Source of the DNA: Trichoplax sp. H2
Lineage: Eukaryota
DNA: 64,000 nt
Direction: 5' to 3'
Assembly: GCA_003344405.1 (NCBI GenBank)
Contig: NOWV01000133.1
Location: forward strand, 124,001 to 188,000
Made by a program: the position numbers and the translations under genes. Under the pieces are notes generated by a model, which saw only the letters and a list, made by a program, of their open reading frames with translations, had not been told where the DNA came from and searched no databases. This document shows positions 40,540 through 55,020 of the stretch, piece by piece. The first letter of the stretch is position 1; each line of letters begins with the position of its first letter.

Positions 40540-43369
40540 TAAAATTTTTAGAGGTTTCTCTTATTAATGGGTGATAATTTTTAAATCAATAATGTCGATT
40601 AGTTAGATATACAATTATCCGTCGATAGAGCTTCGAGGAAATCTCAGAATAAGTACTCGTCAGTATATAGGTTTATTAATTGCAGTGACCAATAGTAATT
40701 TGAAGGTAAAGATAATACGATAATAATTATATAGAGCTGGAGACATTGCCAGATAAATGCATAGTAGAATACAATATACAAACGATTGAATATGCTTATA
40801 GCAAGGATTGGATAAGAAATACATGTTTATAAATTATTGATGTAATGGTTATAATTAAAAATATAAAATATCGTCTATGTGTGTATTTATTCTTATCTAG
40901 AGTGAGATATTGTATTATAGAATTATTTCTTACACAAGAAAATCGCCATTATTACTCAACGTAGAAATATCAGACATTTATCAGCAACTGCACACGATAT
41001 TAAATCTGATTTCGTGAAACTGTGTTAATGTAAGCCTGCATAAGATGCTGTACAAACTGTCACAAGAAATAACATTAATATTCTGTTATTATTATAAGAT
41101 TACCATTATTAATGTAGCAAAATCTTTTAATCCCTTATGTTACAAATAGCCTCAGTGATCGTGTTTAGTGTGATGTTTCGGAAGGTTTACGGTCCGTCAT
41201 AATCGCAATTAAATTACCAGAGAAGTAGAATTTATTGGAATTAGTTTACGAAAAAACCGTGTGAGATTATAGCGTATACAACGACGTGGCTAGTCGAATA
41301 GCTATAGCAATGTAGAATGGGTAAAGTGTGCAAGCTTACCGTGCAACTAGCAGAAATAGCTTACGAAATAGATGTAGAATTAGCGCTTTTATAATATAAG
41401 AAACACAGCTCGAGGAAATTATTCATAAAACATGAATGACTATTGAGAATGGCTTAATTCTATATTAGGTTAGTTCGATGATACAATCAAGCTAGAGTAT
41501 AAGAGATTTCCACAATATAAATAGTTAAATGTTGATTATACAAATAAGGATTTTTGTTACAATCTATATGAAAATTAACTTTACTAAGAGTATAATATAC
41601 CGTATTCAGAAGTATACACTACATTTAGATTTCAGGAATAATATGTTGATAGGAATAAATCGTGAATAAGACATGTTTGAAATTGATTTTTTGCAATTAC
41701 ATCCCATATCTTTACAACGTCGGATTTACTATTTAAGAAAACATACCTTAGAATTCATAGCGAAATTGGCTCATCATTGCCTAAGGTGGTACTGTATAAA
41801 AATGCAATAAGAGCAATGCATAGATATAACCTCATTATCAAGTCATTTGTAACTTTCCAGTAATTATTTTCTTTTATCAATTCAAAGCAAAATATAAATC
41901 ATAATTTTAAATTTAATTATGATTTTATTTACTATGCTATGCAATAAGCACTTACATGATATCTAGTCTTAATAAAACAGTAATAAATATACATATGCAA
42001 TATATGTACTTACTTCATCCCATAAATAATAAAGTAGAACTCGAATTGCCACTTACTTTCAGAATAATCAACTGTAGATTTTCTTCGCCGACTTTAAAAT
42101 AGCCTAAGAAGTTTAAAAAACTTTTAGCCTCTAAACTTCTAAATTCTATAGTTACCCCAGCAATGTCAACTAGTACTCGCATTCCTTTTAAAGTATTCCA
42201 TGAAGTGATTAAAGCAGATTACAAATAAATAACAATGAGAAATTGGAGAAGATGATCATGTTGTCCAAACTCCTATCTCAATTATCTAGATCTGTTGCAA
42301 AGAAAGAGTTTGTCTTTTCATGTCTGGAGGAGAAGAGGATGACAACCGAGGCCTTGATAAATAGAATTTCTTATTTCGATAAAAATTATCTTTTACGCCT
42401 CCCATCAATCCTTAATATATTCGTAAAGTTGTTTATCAACAATTGCTGATCATTATCTTGTATTTCATTTTTATGCTATTTGTGATCTAATTAATGTATT
42501 TAGGAGGATATTAGAATTCATGAAAAGGCGGTTACATTTTTCGGATTTTCTTATAAATCTTTAAATATAATTCCTACTATTCTAGGTGATCTAGTCCCAC
42601 GGTAGCCTTTTCATACAGTGCGAAGTAAGCCTTATGAATGATTTGTTTATCAGCTAAATTTCTTGTTGAAATCAATACAAATTTGACTTATCATAATTTA
42701 TACGAGATTATTTCCTACAATGTTATATTCAACGAATAAAATATGCAAGTATCGGTAAAATGAAAGTTTCAATTAAAATTTTGCAGAATTATGCACGCAA
42801 GTCGAAATCATTTAAAGAATCACATACTATTATAAGGTTATAATATTGTGCACGCTTAATTGCAAACTGTAATATCATAAGTATATCCAGCATAAAATAA
42901 TGTAGTTTTTGGAACAAAATAGAGGGATTCTACTATGAAATAAAATTAAATTATTTCTTTATTGTTACAATCACTTGCAATACATTGTAACACAGTGCAC
43001 GTATAATTCGCAGAAAATAACTAAAATCATCTAGTACTTCAGGGTAAAATAATCCTCTGTATCACAAAGTAAATTAAAGACTTTAATTTAAGATACCGGT
43101 ATTACAATTACTCCGAAAGCTGTAACTGTGGTATAAACGAATTGCGCTATTCTAAAAATTATTTTCGGAGCTATAATTTTATGGTACCCTTAAATTCTCA
43201 GAGCATAAAATTTCGTTAAAAGTGAAGTTGATACATACAGTAGGTGTCAGTAAATTAATCAGGAAAATATTAGTGCAATAAAACATAATGGATTTCATTT
43301 ACCGTAGAAATACTAATAAAACGTAATTCGCTTTAGCTATATAATACTGGTATAAAATCCGATCACGAA

Positions 43370-43640
43370 AATTCAGAACTTTATTAGATCTAATACAAAG
43401 GTTAGCTACACACGTCGCTACTCTAGCTGAATACAACTACTGAAAGACTCCCAGAAAGAAAAATCAGATAATCTAATATCACTTACTTTTATACTCTCCA
43501 TAATCTTCGCAGCTAAAATCAATATAGCAATATTTCACCTTATAAACATAAACAAATTATTATTAGTAATAACATTTTACAGCGGACCATCATTAATCCA
43601 ATATAGAAACGATTACAGTAATTGCGTAGACATTATTCCT
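43370..43640 (-). repeat. Inverted copy of 8225-8500
   Basis: Reverse-complement word matches as listed for 8225-8500. Confidence 0.8.
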
Positions 43641-44537
43641 ACCACTCAAAGTACAATGATCTAATCATTTCCTAATCTATAATTTACCGTTCTATTTTTA
43701 CCTCTGACTCTATTATTAGCTGTCACAAAACAACTTTCGTGATGGAACCTAAACTAGTCTATCTACTCTATTCAATCTCCCGACTAACTTCAGAATATAC
43801 TCTATAAGGAGCTAATCAATTCCAGTATTAGAGAGCTGAGTCAATCGATAGGGTTTAGGTTAATCAAACTTTATTTATTACTAGCTATTAAAGCAAAGCA
43901 CCAATGTACTCTACATCATCTTCAGTGGAACTGAAGATAAAACTAATTAACATTTCTTGTATAATTTTTCTAATCTTATACAAATGCACCGGTGCTAACC
44001 AGTATTAACATTAACAATATCATAGAAAGTCATGCACAATTTATCAGAGGTTTAGTATAGACTAGACCAAGTGTTAATGTTGTTAAGTATCACTAATAAA
44101 TATTAATTAGCAACTATGAATAATTATAACACCTTTACATCATATGTTCGCTATCGTTATTTACTATCATACTAATCAATATTATGAAGATATAGCTTAA
44201 CTCAAGACGTAAATAATAATAATTATCTAACATTTAAGATTATTGTCTGCCAAAACTCGCGCTTAACAATTATTAATGATCAATATTTTTGATCACATAA
44301 CTCTAATTGTAACTTAATTCTAAAACTAGAACGAGGAACTTAGCTCCGTAACAGTGGCTCAACACCCCCACTGTATACAGTCATCCGTACTCTAACATAG
44401 AATCTATCATTACAGTCTATAATTATATGCTACTAAATATACCATAAGATATATATATAGAAACGATACCACCATACATTATACTAAACATGGCTAATAA
44501 TCTACAATCACAATACTAAGTTACTTTACAAATACAT

Positions 44538-47500
44538 TTACATGTCGTGGTCATATTTTCTCAAGATAACATTAACGCCTTCTCTAAAATTTTCAATGAT
44601 ATCAATCTTATCTTGCGCTGTATCCTTTGCCTGATAGCCATTTTTCTCACTAGTTTGGCTAATAAAAGTTTCATTGGCTTCTATTTGCTGATATATTTTC
44701 CTTCGTATATCCTCGACAAACGTCTTAATTGGATTAGCATATTTCTGTGCGATTTCGTCAGCTTTCTGTTTCTCAGCTAATTCTAAAAGTATTTTAGGCG
44801 CATTTTGTTGCAATATTGATAAAATTCTCTTTCTTTGTCTATTTCTTTTATTTCTAGACCACACTACACCAACTAGAACACCCAAAACAACAACAGAAAT
44901 AATTGCTCCAATGCCACCTGTTACACCACCAATGACTCCTCCAATAACGGCAGCAGCAACACCATCGGCTATAGTAAGGCCGATAGCAGCACCTGCAACA
45001 CCACCGCCAACAGCTCCAGTGGTAATACCAAAAGTAGTATAAAAGTTTCGCCACGATTTTGTTACGTTAGGTGGCGTAACATCAAGCCTTAAACTAATTT
45101 CTCCAAGCGATGAAGTGATATTTAAATCGTATAAACAATCGAAACTGTCATCATTTATTTGTAATAAATTTTCCAAATTCGCTAAGGCAAGAAAAACATC
45201 ACCATAACGTGCATCTAAAGATATTTTGATATCATCTTGAAATTGTCTAAGTAAGCCATGTTTCTTTTCCCAGAGCGTTAATAAGCGAATAAATCGATCA
45301 CTGAATAATATACAGATAAGTTCTTTAATATCCTGGTCAGCAACTTTTTCCCGAATTGGAATATCCTCTAATATCCAGGTCGTCATACCGTTTCTAAAAT
45401 CGTCGCAGTCCAGAAATATACGCAAAGAATTAGCGATTTGTTTAGTTCTATCATCAATAGTCTTTACGATATCTCCATGAAAATCTGGATTTTTTAAAGT
45501 GCTCTTAATACTTATTGTATTATTCTTCAGACTCTTTAAGTAAGAGATCCGAACAGCATCATTTAAGTAAGAACATCTGGATATGAAGCGGTATCGATTG
45601 GCTATGACCCCCAATAAACTATAGAACCAACTATACATATATGTGTACGATAGATAAAATAAAGCCATCGTTAATGCATAATCTAATACATCAATTTTAG
45701 ATTTATTAATATACACATCTTTTAGAAAAGGCTTTTAAAATAAGTGGAGATAACCATAATTGAAACAAAAAATAGGCAGCGTAGATTAATGATTACTATT
45801 TACTTTGGCAAATAATTTAAAAATTATTGGGAAACTTACCAGCTACTGTTTGTTATTATTTTCTTCAAACTGTCTTCTATGAGTTGAGCAATAATGCAAT
45901 GTAACGATTTCCATTCGTCTGAAACAAACCCAGCTTTAAGGTGATTTATTACATTGGTACTGGACAACAATATTAGCTGAGACTCGCGAAAACCAGGCCA
46001 AAGTCGTTTTAACTTCTCCTTAATACAATTTTCAACGTCATGTTGGTCTTCACGTGCAATGGTGTCCCATTTATTACAAACAAAAATTGCTGATTCCGGA
46101 GAAAATAGATGAAATTTTTCTGTATTGAGATTTTGCGCTTCTGTTATAAGTCTTATAAGCTGTGAAATAATGAAAGATTGAATATTAGATACACTTTTTT
46201 ATAGCTAATCAGTATAAATCAAATACGGTTATCAATGCTTACTCGATCCTCCTTCATACCCCCAGCGTTGCTGACATCGATTACATAAATAATCGAGCAT
46301 GCATTTGGTAAATATTTCATGACTTGTTCAGTTGCTAAAGAAGTTTCACCAATTCCAGGGCTATCTACTAGTAATATGCCATCCTAATGGATTTATAAAA
46401 AATCCAATTTAATAATCTCCATGTCGTGATGCACCCCATATTTGATTTTAAAAATAGCTATATTTGATAAAGCTAAAATACTAAGAATAGGTACTATCGT
46501 GAAGCTAATATTAGATGATTGATAAATACTATAATGATAGCTAATATTAGCTAGTTAACTAATTATGGTATAAGATATATGTGACTAGAAATATTGTAAT
46601 TTCGAAGATGCCCAACATCGAAAGGTGCTGAAGGTTAATAGAAGAGTAGTGATATCTTAAGTAGAATAATTTAGATTGTAGAAGATAATGATGTTCAATT
46701 TGACAGAAAATGTTTTGTTTGACGACTCATGTCTTATTTTAAATTAATCAATTTGTCATAAAAGGATTTAGCGAAATATATTTAAGAACTGCAGAGATGA
46801 GCTCAGTGAGAGAGAAGAGACTTCACTTTGTTTTGAGTTCGGAAGACTTTAGATTTTAGACTAGATTCTTCTAGTAATCAATCATTGCTCTACTATTCCT
46901 AAAACTTTGTAAAAGCCTTTAGAAACACCATTGACTAAAACTGCTATTGTGAGACACTTTTACTACACCCCACTAATACTAGATGAAACATCAGTTATAT
47001 ACAGTGTTATAAATTTTACTAACGTCGAATAATAATTAATTAGCTAGTTCCATACAATGCGAGTTCAACGATCTCTCAACTCACTAGAATCAGAAAGTCT
47101 TATTCTACTCTATCATATTGGACGAACCTTCAGAAACGGGAAATCCCATTGAATAGTCAGTTTTCCGCTTGCTAATTCTAAATCATCAGCGTCATCGCAA
47201 GCGATATCCACATCGTCTGCAGAGATTGAGGCTAATAGCATTGGTGTTTCTTCATAAGTCTTATTATCTCTGTTCGATTGAAAAGAACCTCCACTTTTTG
47301 CCCCTCTGTTAGTAGATGTTGACGCTTTCGACATCGATTTCATGGCGTTTTCAATTGTTGCAGCCATATCGGAAATATTATCAATGTTTATTTCTTTACC
47401 AGATTTTAACTTCTTATCATTCGCATTCCAAGTAAAGAGATTAATGCAACGATTTGTAGAATAGCGTAACTTGCTTACGCATGTTGTGGTATGTAAATGG

Positions 47501-48285
47501 CCAACAGGTAACAATGATTCGCCTAAGATCAAATTAATCAGGGTACTTTTTCCTGCACTTACTTCTCCTATAATTATAACCAGATAAAATAGTCACTATC
47601 ATCTTGTCGTTTACATTATATTTTTAATCAGAAGTTTAGTAAATATACATTATGTTACCGCATGCAATATAAACACGAAATCAGTAGATATTAATACCAA
47701 AGACCAATGTTTGAAAGCAGAAAAGATTACTATTCGAACGAACCTGCGATTAAAATCGGACATTCTACGCTACGCAAACGGCTAATGTACTTATTCATAT
47801 TTTCTAAATATTGTTCATCATAAATTTCGACAATGTCAACCAATTCTGGCTCTAATCCTTGAAAGATTGATTTGTTCACTCCTTCTAATAAACTAATTAA
47901 TTCCTTTTTATTTTCCGCAAATTTTCTGAAGGCGTTTTCAATCCTTTGAGCTGACTGCAGTTATTAAAAAAGCAAGTTGATAGTAGGTAACGTATGTATC
48001 ATACACTAATCAGAATAGCCTATTAGTTACAGTACATCGATAATTTTATTCAATTGCATAGACTAGAACGGTTAAAATAGAACTGACCAAAAAATTGACA
48101 GCACTTACGCAGGAGCGATTATAATTTTCAATTGTTTCGTTTCTTCGAAATAAATGTAATCGTTCTTTAAAATTTTCGATTGTTTTTAATCCACTAGCGT
48201 CAATTTTACACCTTTCGCAGAGATTCATGGCAGTTTTGAAGCTTTGTATTTCGTCGATTTCATTTTCTTTTGGGATATAATCCAT
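44538..48285 (-). CDS. Gene F (family Z): dynamin-like GTPase with glycine-zipper hairpin, ~793 aa
   Basis: Exons 48285-48109, 47954-47744, 47567-47128, 46383-46243, 46159-45840, 45630-44538 are in frame. GEVSAGKST, DSPG, NKWD. Confidence 0.92.
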
Positions 48286-51200
48286 TTTTAGCTGATATGT
48301 CTAGCGGTAAGAACAACGTATCGTCGCAAGATTTCGTTTTATATGAAATTGTACTTCTAATCACTTTAACTGAGAATATAATAGGTAAAGATTAATAAGA
48401 CTATCGTGTACTGATTTCAACTAATCACAGTAGTAGTGAGATTTGAAAGGATAATGGAAATATGAATAAAGTATTATGTGATATGGAATAGTCTGATTCA
48501 TATTTATTTCACTTTTCTGCTACAGCCTTTATAAATAATTATGAAAAATGATTTTGATGAAGATATTTTTATGTTTCTACTCGAAGATATCTGACGTTGA
48601 TTCTATCTCTTGGCACTCGATGTGTTCATTACTAATTTAGATATTTTCAAAGCATGTAGGCTATAATCGACCTCATTAATTAAAAAAATTCTGCCATAAT
48701 GGATAGTACATAAAAGACTGGCAGCATCTACTAATTTGTAGATATATACTACTGTCATGTGAAAGGCCGTATTACTTTACCTACTTTATATATGTGTACT
48801 GTAAGCTAACGAAAAATTTGATACCGTATTTTATATCTGCCATAATTACATTATATTGCATTAATGTTTTATAATGATTGATTTTACCACCTTATAGCTT
48901 CTGGATAGAAACACTGCACGATGGCTGATCTGCTAGCGAATTCACAGTCAACAAGTATGCCAATGTCGAATTTTTCTAGCGTTGGAAATTTGAATTTTGT
49001 TAAAGCTGTGTTCAAAAGCGATCTATTAAATAAAATGGGTGTGTCGGTACAGATTATGGATTAGTTTGATAAGGATATATTTTATCTAGCCTTGACAAGG
49101 CGTTGCTATTATCTACTTCAATATGATAAAAACTATCGTCTAAGAGCACCGTTCAAATATAAAATACGACCTTATAAGGTTGTATAGAACATAAATCGAA
49201 AAGCTTCAATCCTTACTGATATTCATTTCACCTGCTACTAAAAGTATGAGATGATATAACCTGAAGATCAATCAAGATGTTTCAAAGTGGGAATATATCA
49301 AGCTGTGTTCTATGCTGCTGTGCATTATGAAAACCCATCAAACCAGAATGGCGAAATGCTTTTAATTGAGTTGCCTGATGATAACAGTTTAACAATATCT
49401 CTCGTGACAGCAGGATTTAGGTAGATATTCCTCCTATAAAGCTATAGTAAATAAAACCTATTGGATAGTTCTACTTTTATGTGCATATGTATGCATATAT
49501 TGTATTTATTCATAAAAAAACTTTTCAATAGATAGGCAATAATTGAATTCAACTTTTCCGTTAATTTTTGTTAAAAAATAAGACTGTAGACAATCATGTC
49601 TGACTCTATCATGGTTGCATTTGTTTCGACGCTATTTAAGGCAGCCATGAACAATCAAACGTCGATTTATGACCTTGCTAGCTCTTTAGTAATCATGAAC
49701 GGGATTTATATACTTTCAACAGACTGACTGGACTTATTTTTCTTCATTGGTGTCCAATTTCAGTACCCGACCAGTTAGTTATAATATCTTGTTTCAGATT
49801 TTAAAATGACCAAAACTACCCGATAGATCGGTTCAAAATCAATTATAGTAAATTCTATTTAACTTTGTTTGATTTAACAGAGATAAAACAATTAACAGAT
49901 AATTAACAGCAAGATATATCCGACGTCCCTTGCATTTACTTTCGATGCCACATATGGCGGTCTTAAGTTAGAAAATATTAATAATTCGGCTTATTATTTG
50001 TTATTGTACTCTATATTTATAACTTGACGAAGTTTATTCTATTCAAATCTGCGAAATACAGACATATAATCCAAGCTAATCTAATATTTTCGACCAGGAA
50101 AGCAACGTATGCCATATTATCAAAATGAATAGTGTAGATTTGATTGCGTTTATGCTATGGTTTAGTTTATCGCCAATTTGTAAGAGAACAATAAAATAAT
50201 ATGAGTATACGCATGCACTGCTTTGATGATCAGAATATGAAGCACTTTGAACATCTAACCTGATATTAGTAAGGCATCTCTCTAGTTATGCTTAAAGCTA
50301 CCCTTCTACCCTACTATCATAAAAACAAATTTTCGAGTTGATTCCACGTTAATTCCTACCTAGACAACAAACGACTGCTATTACTAGTCTCACCTAAAAC
50401 TAAAGTACGAATAACTGTCAATCATCCTTGTAATAATAACTACAGTCGACAGCAATAACGATTTGCAGTGTCAATAATTTATGTAGGCAGAGGCGTAAAG
50501 CAATTCAGTGTAACGCTCAGGCAAAGGTATGAAGAGAAGTCCTACATTCCATGAATAGAGTGCTAAATCGTACAATGAAACTAAAGTAACTATATGAGTT
50601 TAATAGCTATTGTAATTATCTTCTTTATTATATGGATATAAGATTTAGAATTGTAAAACTAAAACACAATCTTACAGCTTACACACATCATACTGTAAAC
50701 ATGCATGGGATATCAAGCCTTGCTGGAGCAGCGAGAAATGTACAAATGCTACATTTCAAGTACTAGCTTTTTTTATAAACACTAAACAAAAAACCTTTAC
50801 GATAGTGGAGTAGTCCCAAAATTGGCTTGAAATTATAATTAAATTATAATGATTAAAACTTACACCTCACAGCAAAATTGCCTTATTGAATAAGCTATAA
50901 GTACAGTTATTACCATGCTAATGCATTATTTAGAGGATTAAAATAAGGGAACCTATAGTAATATACATTTTTATTGAAATAACAAGGAAACAATAACATA
51001 AAAATAAAAATGTATCTATCTACATTTTGACCATTTATTGGGCTTGATACACCATCAAAGACAGGAAATTCATATTATATCTTGATCACGAAAATTTATC
51101 AGACATTTCTTGTTCTTGGTTAAAAATTTTAAAATTTACGGTAGAACTAATTTCTCGATAAATGTAATTGCAGTGAAAAAAGTTAACAGTCAGTTATTCT

Positions 51201-51395
51201 ACAAGCCTTTCGTGAGTATTTTTAGTTGCAATATAGAGTATCTTTAACTTAGTGGATGACTTGTAAAACAAGTCATATACGTACAAATACAGAAAATTAA
51301 TTCATAGTATAATGGAAGAATTCAATAAAATGATATTACTTCATAGATACTGTTGCTTCGTATGGGATAATAAAATAAAATAAAATACCTGCAGT

Positions 51396-54300
51396 TTATA
51401 TACCACAATCATAACTTTTCAGGACATTATTAATTCCATTCCTGAGCTTACTAATAAGCTCAATCTTATCCATGGCAGCACTCCGCATTGTTGAGTAATC
51501 TATTTGATTAGCTTCGTTAAGGAGAACTTCGTTTGCTTTTAGCTGTTTTATAACCTGCATTCGCGTATGCTTAATAGATTCTTTAATTGGATTAGTGTAG
51601 GCCTTGGCAATCTCTTTAGCTCGATCACCAGTGGCTAATTCTGAAACTACATTGGGTACACTTTGCTGTATAGCAATCAAAATTTTCCTTCTTTGTCTAG
51701 AAATTCCAGTTTTCGACCACATATAACGAGCTAAAACTGCTATAACAACTATAGAAATGACAATACCTATGCCACCTGTTACGCCACCAATTACTCCACC
51801 AATGACGGCAGCACCAACACCTTCAGCTATAGTAAGCCCGATAGCAGCGCCGGCAGCGCTACCGCCAATAGTTCCAGTAACAATACCAACACCAGCATAA
51901 AAATTCCGCCATGATTTACTTGTTTTAGGTGATGAATTGACGTGTAAGTCTCGTAGATCATTAAGATCAGCATCAGCTATTTGCAGCGCATTTTCTAAGC
52001 CCTCCAATACTTTTAGAATACGGCTATAATGCAAGTTTACTGATTCTCGTATTTTATTATAAAATCGCCTGAGTAACCCATTGTCTTCTTCCCAAAACGT
52101 TAATAAGCTAATAAATCGATCATCAAATAAGTTAGTAATGACCTCTTCGATATCAGTGACTTTTTCCCGAATTGGAATATCATCTAAATGCCACTTTGTC
52201 ATACCAACTTCAAATCTATTACTTTTTAGAAACTGAAGCAAAGAAACAGTAATTTCTGCAGTGCCATTATCGATGATTTTTTCGATATTATCATGAAAAT
52301 TTTGGTCTCCTATGGTAGACCTAGCTAATGCGATGTTATTTCTTAGATTGCTTAAGTAAGAGCTCCGAATATCACCTTCTAAGAAGGAGCAATTAGTCAG
52401 CAAGCGGTATCGATTAGCAACAATACCTAATAATGTATGGAGCCAACTGTTTTACGAAAGAAAACATTGAAGGAAGATGGGTTAAATGTAGTATATTATA
52501 ATAATTTTAGACGTATTTATAATCTGAGTCATATAGACAATCGACTATCTTACAAAACGAGCTTTTGCATATCTTACAAATAAGATATTGCAACGGGAGC
52601 CATAATGTTAGTTTAGGTAAAAAAAGCGGATTGATAATATAATTAACATAGTAACCTATGAATTAATAGCTAAATTTTTTTAATTGTAAACTTACCTGGT
52701 ATAATCCACAACTTTCTTCTTCAAGCTTTCTTCTATTAAATGAGCGATAAGAGAATGAAGTACTCGTAAATCATCCGATACGAATCCGGCTTTAAAATGA
52801 TTAGCAGCATTTGTACTCGACAATAATATTAATTGAGAATCATGAAAGCCAGGCCAAATTCGTCTTAACTTTTGTTTAATAGAATTTTCAACAGTATCTC
52901 TGTCTGTCTTTGGAATACTATCCCATTTATTACATATAAAAATAGCTGATTCCGGAGTAAATGTCTTAAATTTTTCTCTTTCCATGTTTTGCTCTTCTAT
53001 TAAAAGTCTAACAAGCTGTAAGTTATGAAAGACATTATTACTGGATAAATAAGTTCATTAATCAATTGTAAGTAAAATTCGATCATTAAAGCTTACTCGA
53101 TCTTCTTGTATGCCGCCAGCATTTTCAGCATTGATGACATAAATAATTGAAGACACCTTTGGTAAATAACATACAATTTGTTCAGTGGCCAACGCTGTTT
53201 CACCAATTCCTGGGCTATCAACTAAGAAGACACCATCCTAACGATTCAGATACAGAAAGAGTCTTACATTAATAATTCTTTATGATACCATTAAAAAACG
53301 TTTAGCTTCTACCCCATTTAAATACTTGACGACAGTAACAGATCATTAATAGTATTTAATACATTGTATTTGTTTGTTTGAGGTTAAAAAACGAACAAAG
53401 TTTACTAATTTAAGATGCTTTATCAGACCTTAGGACGAGTAGCTCACAAGGCAACAATAAAAGATATCCAGGTTCATATACGTTTTAACACACTGCGATA
53501 CAATTATATGCGTTAAATCCGTTAAATACTAGTTTGTTATCTATATCATAAACCTAATAATGAAAAAGCAGGATTATGATCATACAGTAGGCACATTTGC
53601 TACTAAAATGCTATATTTGTACGTATTTGTATCTGTGCTGATATAGAAGCATACGGCGTAGCACACGAATATCTCAAATGCTTTCAAAATAAGAGAAAAA
53701 TATGATAACATAACCGAATGTATTACCAACATAATCCTAAATTATATATCGTCTCAAACGGATTATGATCCTTATCCAGAATTTCTCTATACCAAACCAA
53801 CCTTTAGAAAATCAAACTCCCAGCAAATTTCAAGCTTCCCGTTTGATAGTTTCAAATCTTCAAAATTATTACATTCGACATGCACATCATCAATTGAGGT
53901 AGATAGTAAGGCCAATTCCTCATCATTCGTACTATTTCCATCTAGCCCAGCAAAACCTTGACTGCTTCTTAAGCTGTCCTTGGAGTCTTTTTTTTTCGAT
54001 GTCAAATGCATAACCTTTTGAATCTCAGTCATCAAATCGGAAGTACCATTGATAGGAGTTTCTTCATGAGGCTCTAACTTTTTTTCACTTGCATTCCAAA
54101 TAAAGGATTTTAAGCAGGGATTTGTAGAATAGCGTAATTCACATATACATGTAGTTGTATGTAAGTGACCGACAGGTAACACAGATTGACCTAAAATTAA
54201 ATTGATCAGGCTACTCTTTCCAGCGCTGACCTCGCCTAAAATGTGTTTAGATGAACAATTAATTTTATAAACATCTTGTAAATGTATGTATTGTAACTTA

Positions 54301-55020
54301 TATCGTGTACATAAACCATTTAAAGTTATTTGAATTTCAATAGTGGATAAATAGTACGCATAGAATATTTGTCAAACCTGCGACTAAGATCGGGCATTCC
54401 ATACAATGTAACTGCTTAATATGCTTATTCATATTATCTAGATATTGTTCGTCGAAAGTTTTAACTATTTCCACAAGCTCTGGTTCCAACTCCAGGAAAA
54501 TAAACTGACTTGCTCTTTGTAATAAGTCGATGATTTGAATTCTTGTTTCCTTAAATTTATCGATAGCACTTTTGATCCTTTGCGATGACTACAATAGTTA
54601 AAAGAAAATTGAGATGGAACTCTTGAGGCTTTATCTACGCATGAAACATTATGGTTACGTTGAGATAAGTTTGGTGTATGATTAATTAAATAAATTAAGT
54701 AGTATTTCAAACATAATACCACTACATGTAATTCACAACGGACGATCGCGCCACCGGAAGCATCAAAAACTGTTATCGAATTTTATTGAGCTAAATTGAA
54801 AGGTTTAAAATTGTCATTTTCACCAAAAATTTGCAATATTTACCGCAGAGCGTTGATAATTTTCGATGGTTTCATTCCTTCGAAGTAAATCTAGCCGTTC
54901 TTTAAAATCTTGCACAGTTTTTAACCCTTTGGTACTGATACCATACTTTTTACATACATTTCTTCCAGCTTTTAAGCTTTGTATTTCATCGACCTCATTT
55001 TGAGTTATTATGTATCCCAT
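51396..55020 (-). CDS. Gene G (family Z): dynamin-like GTPase with glycine-zipper hairpin, ~777 aa
   Basis: Exons 55020-54844, 54588-54378, 54235-53802, 53237-53097, 53015-52696, 52446-51396 are in frame. GEVSAGKS, DSPG, NKWD. Confidence 0.92.
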
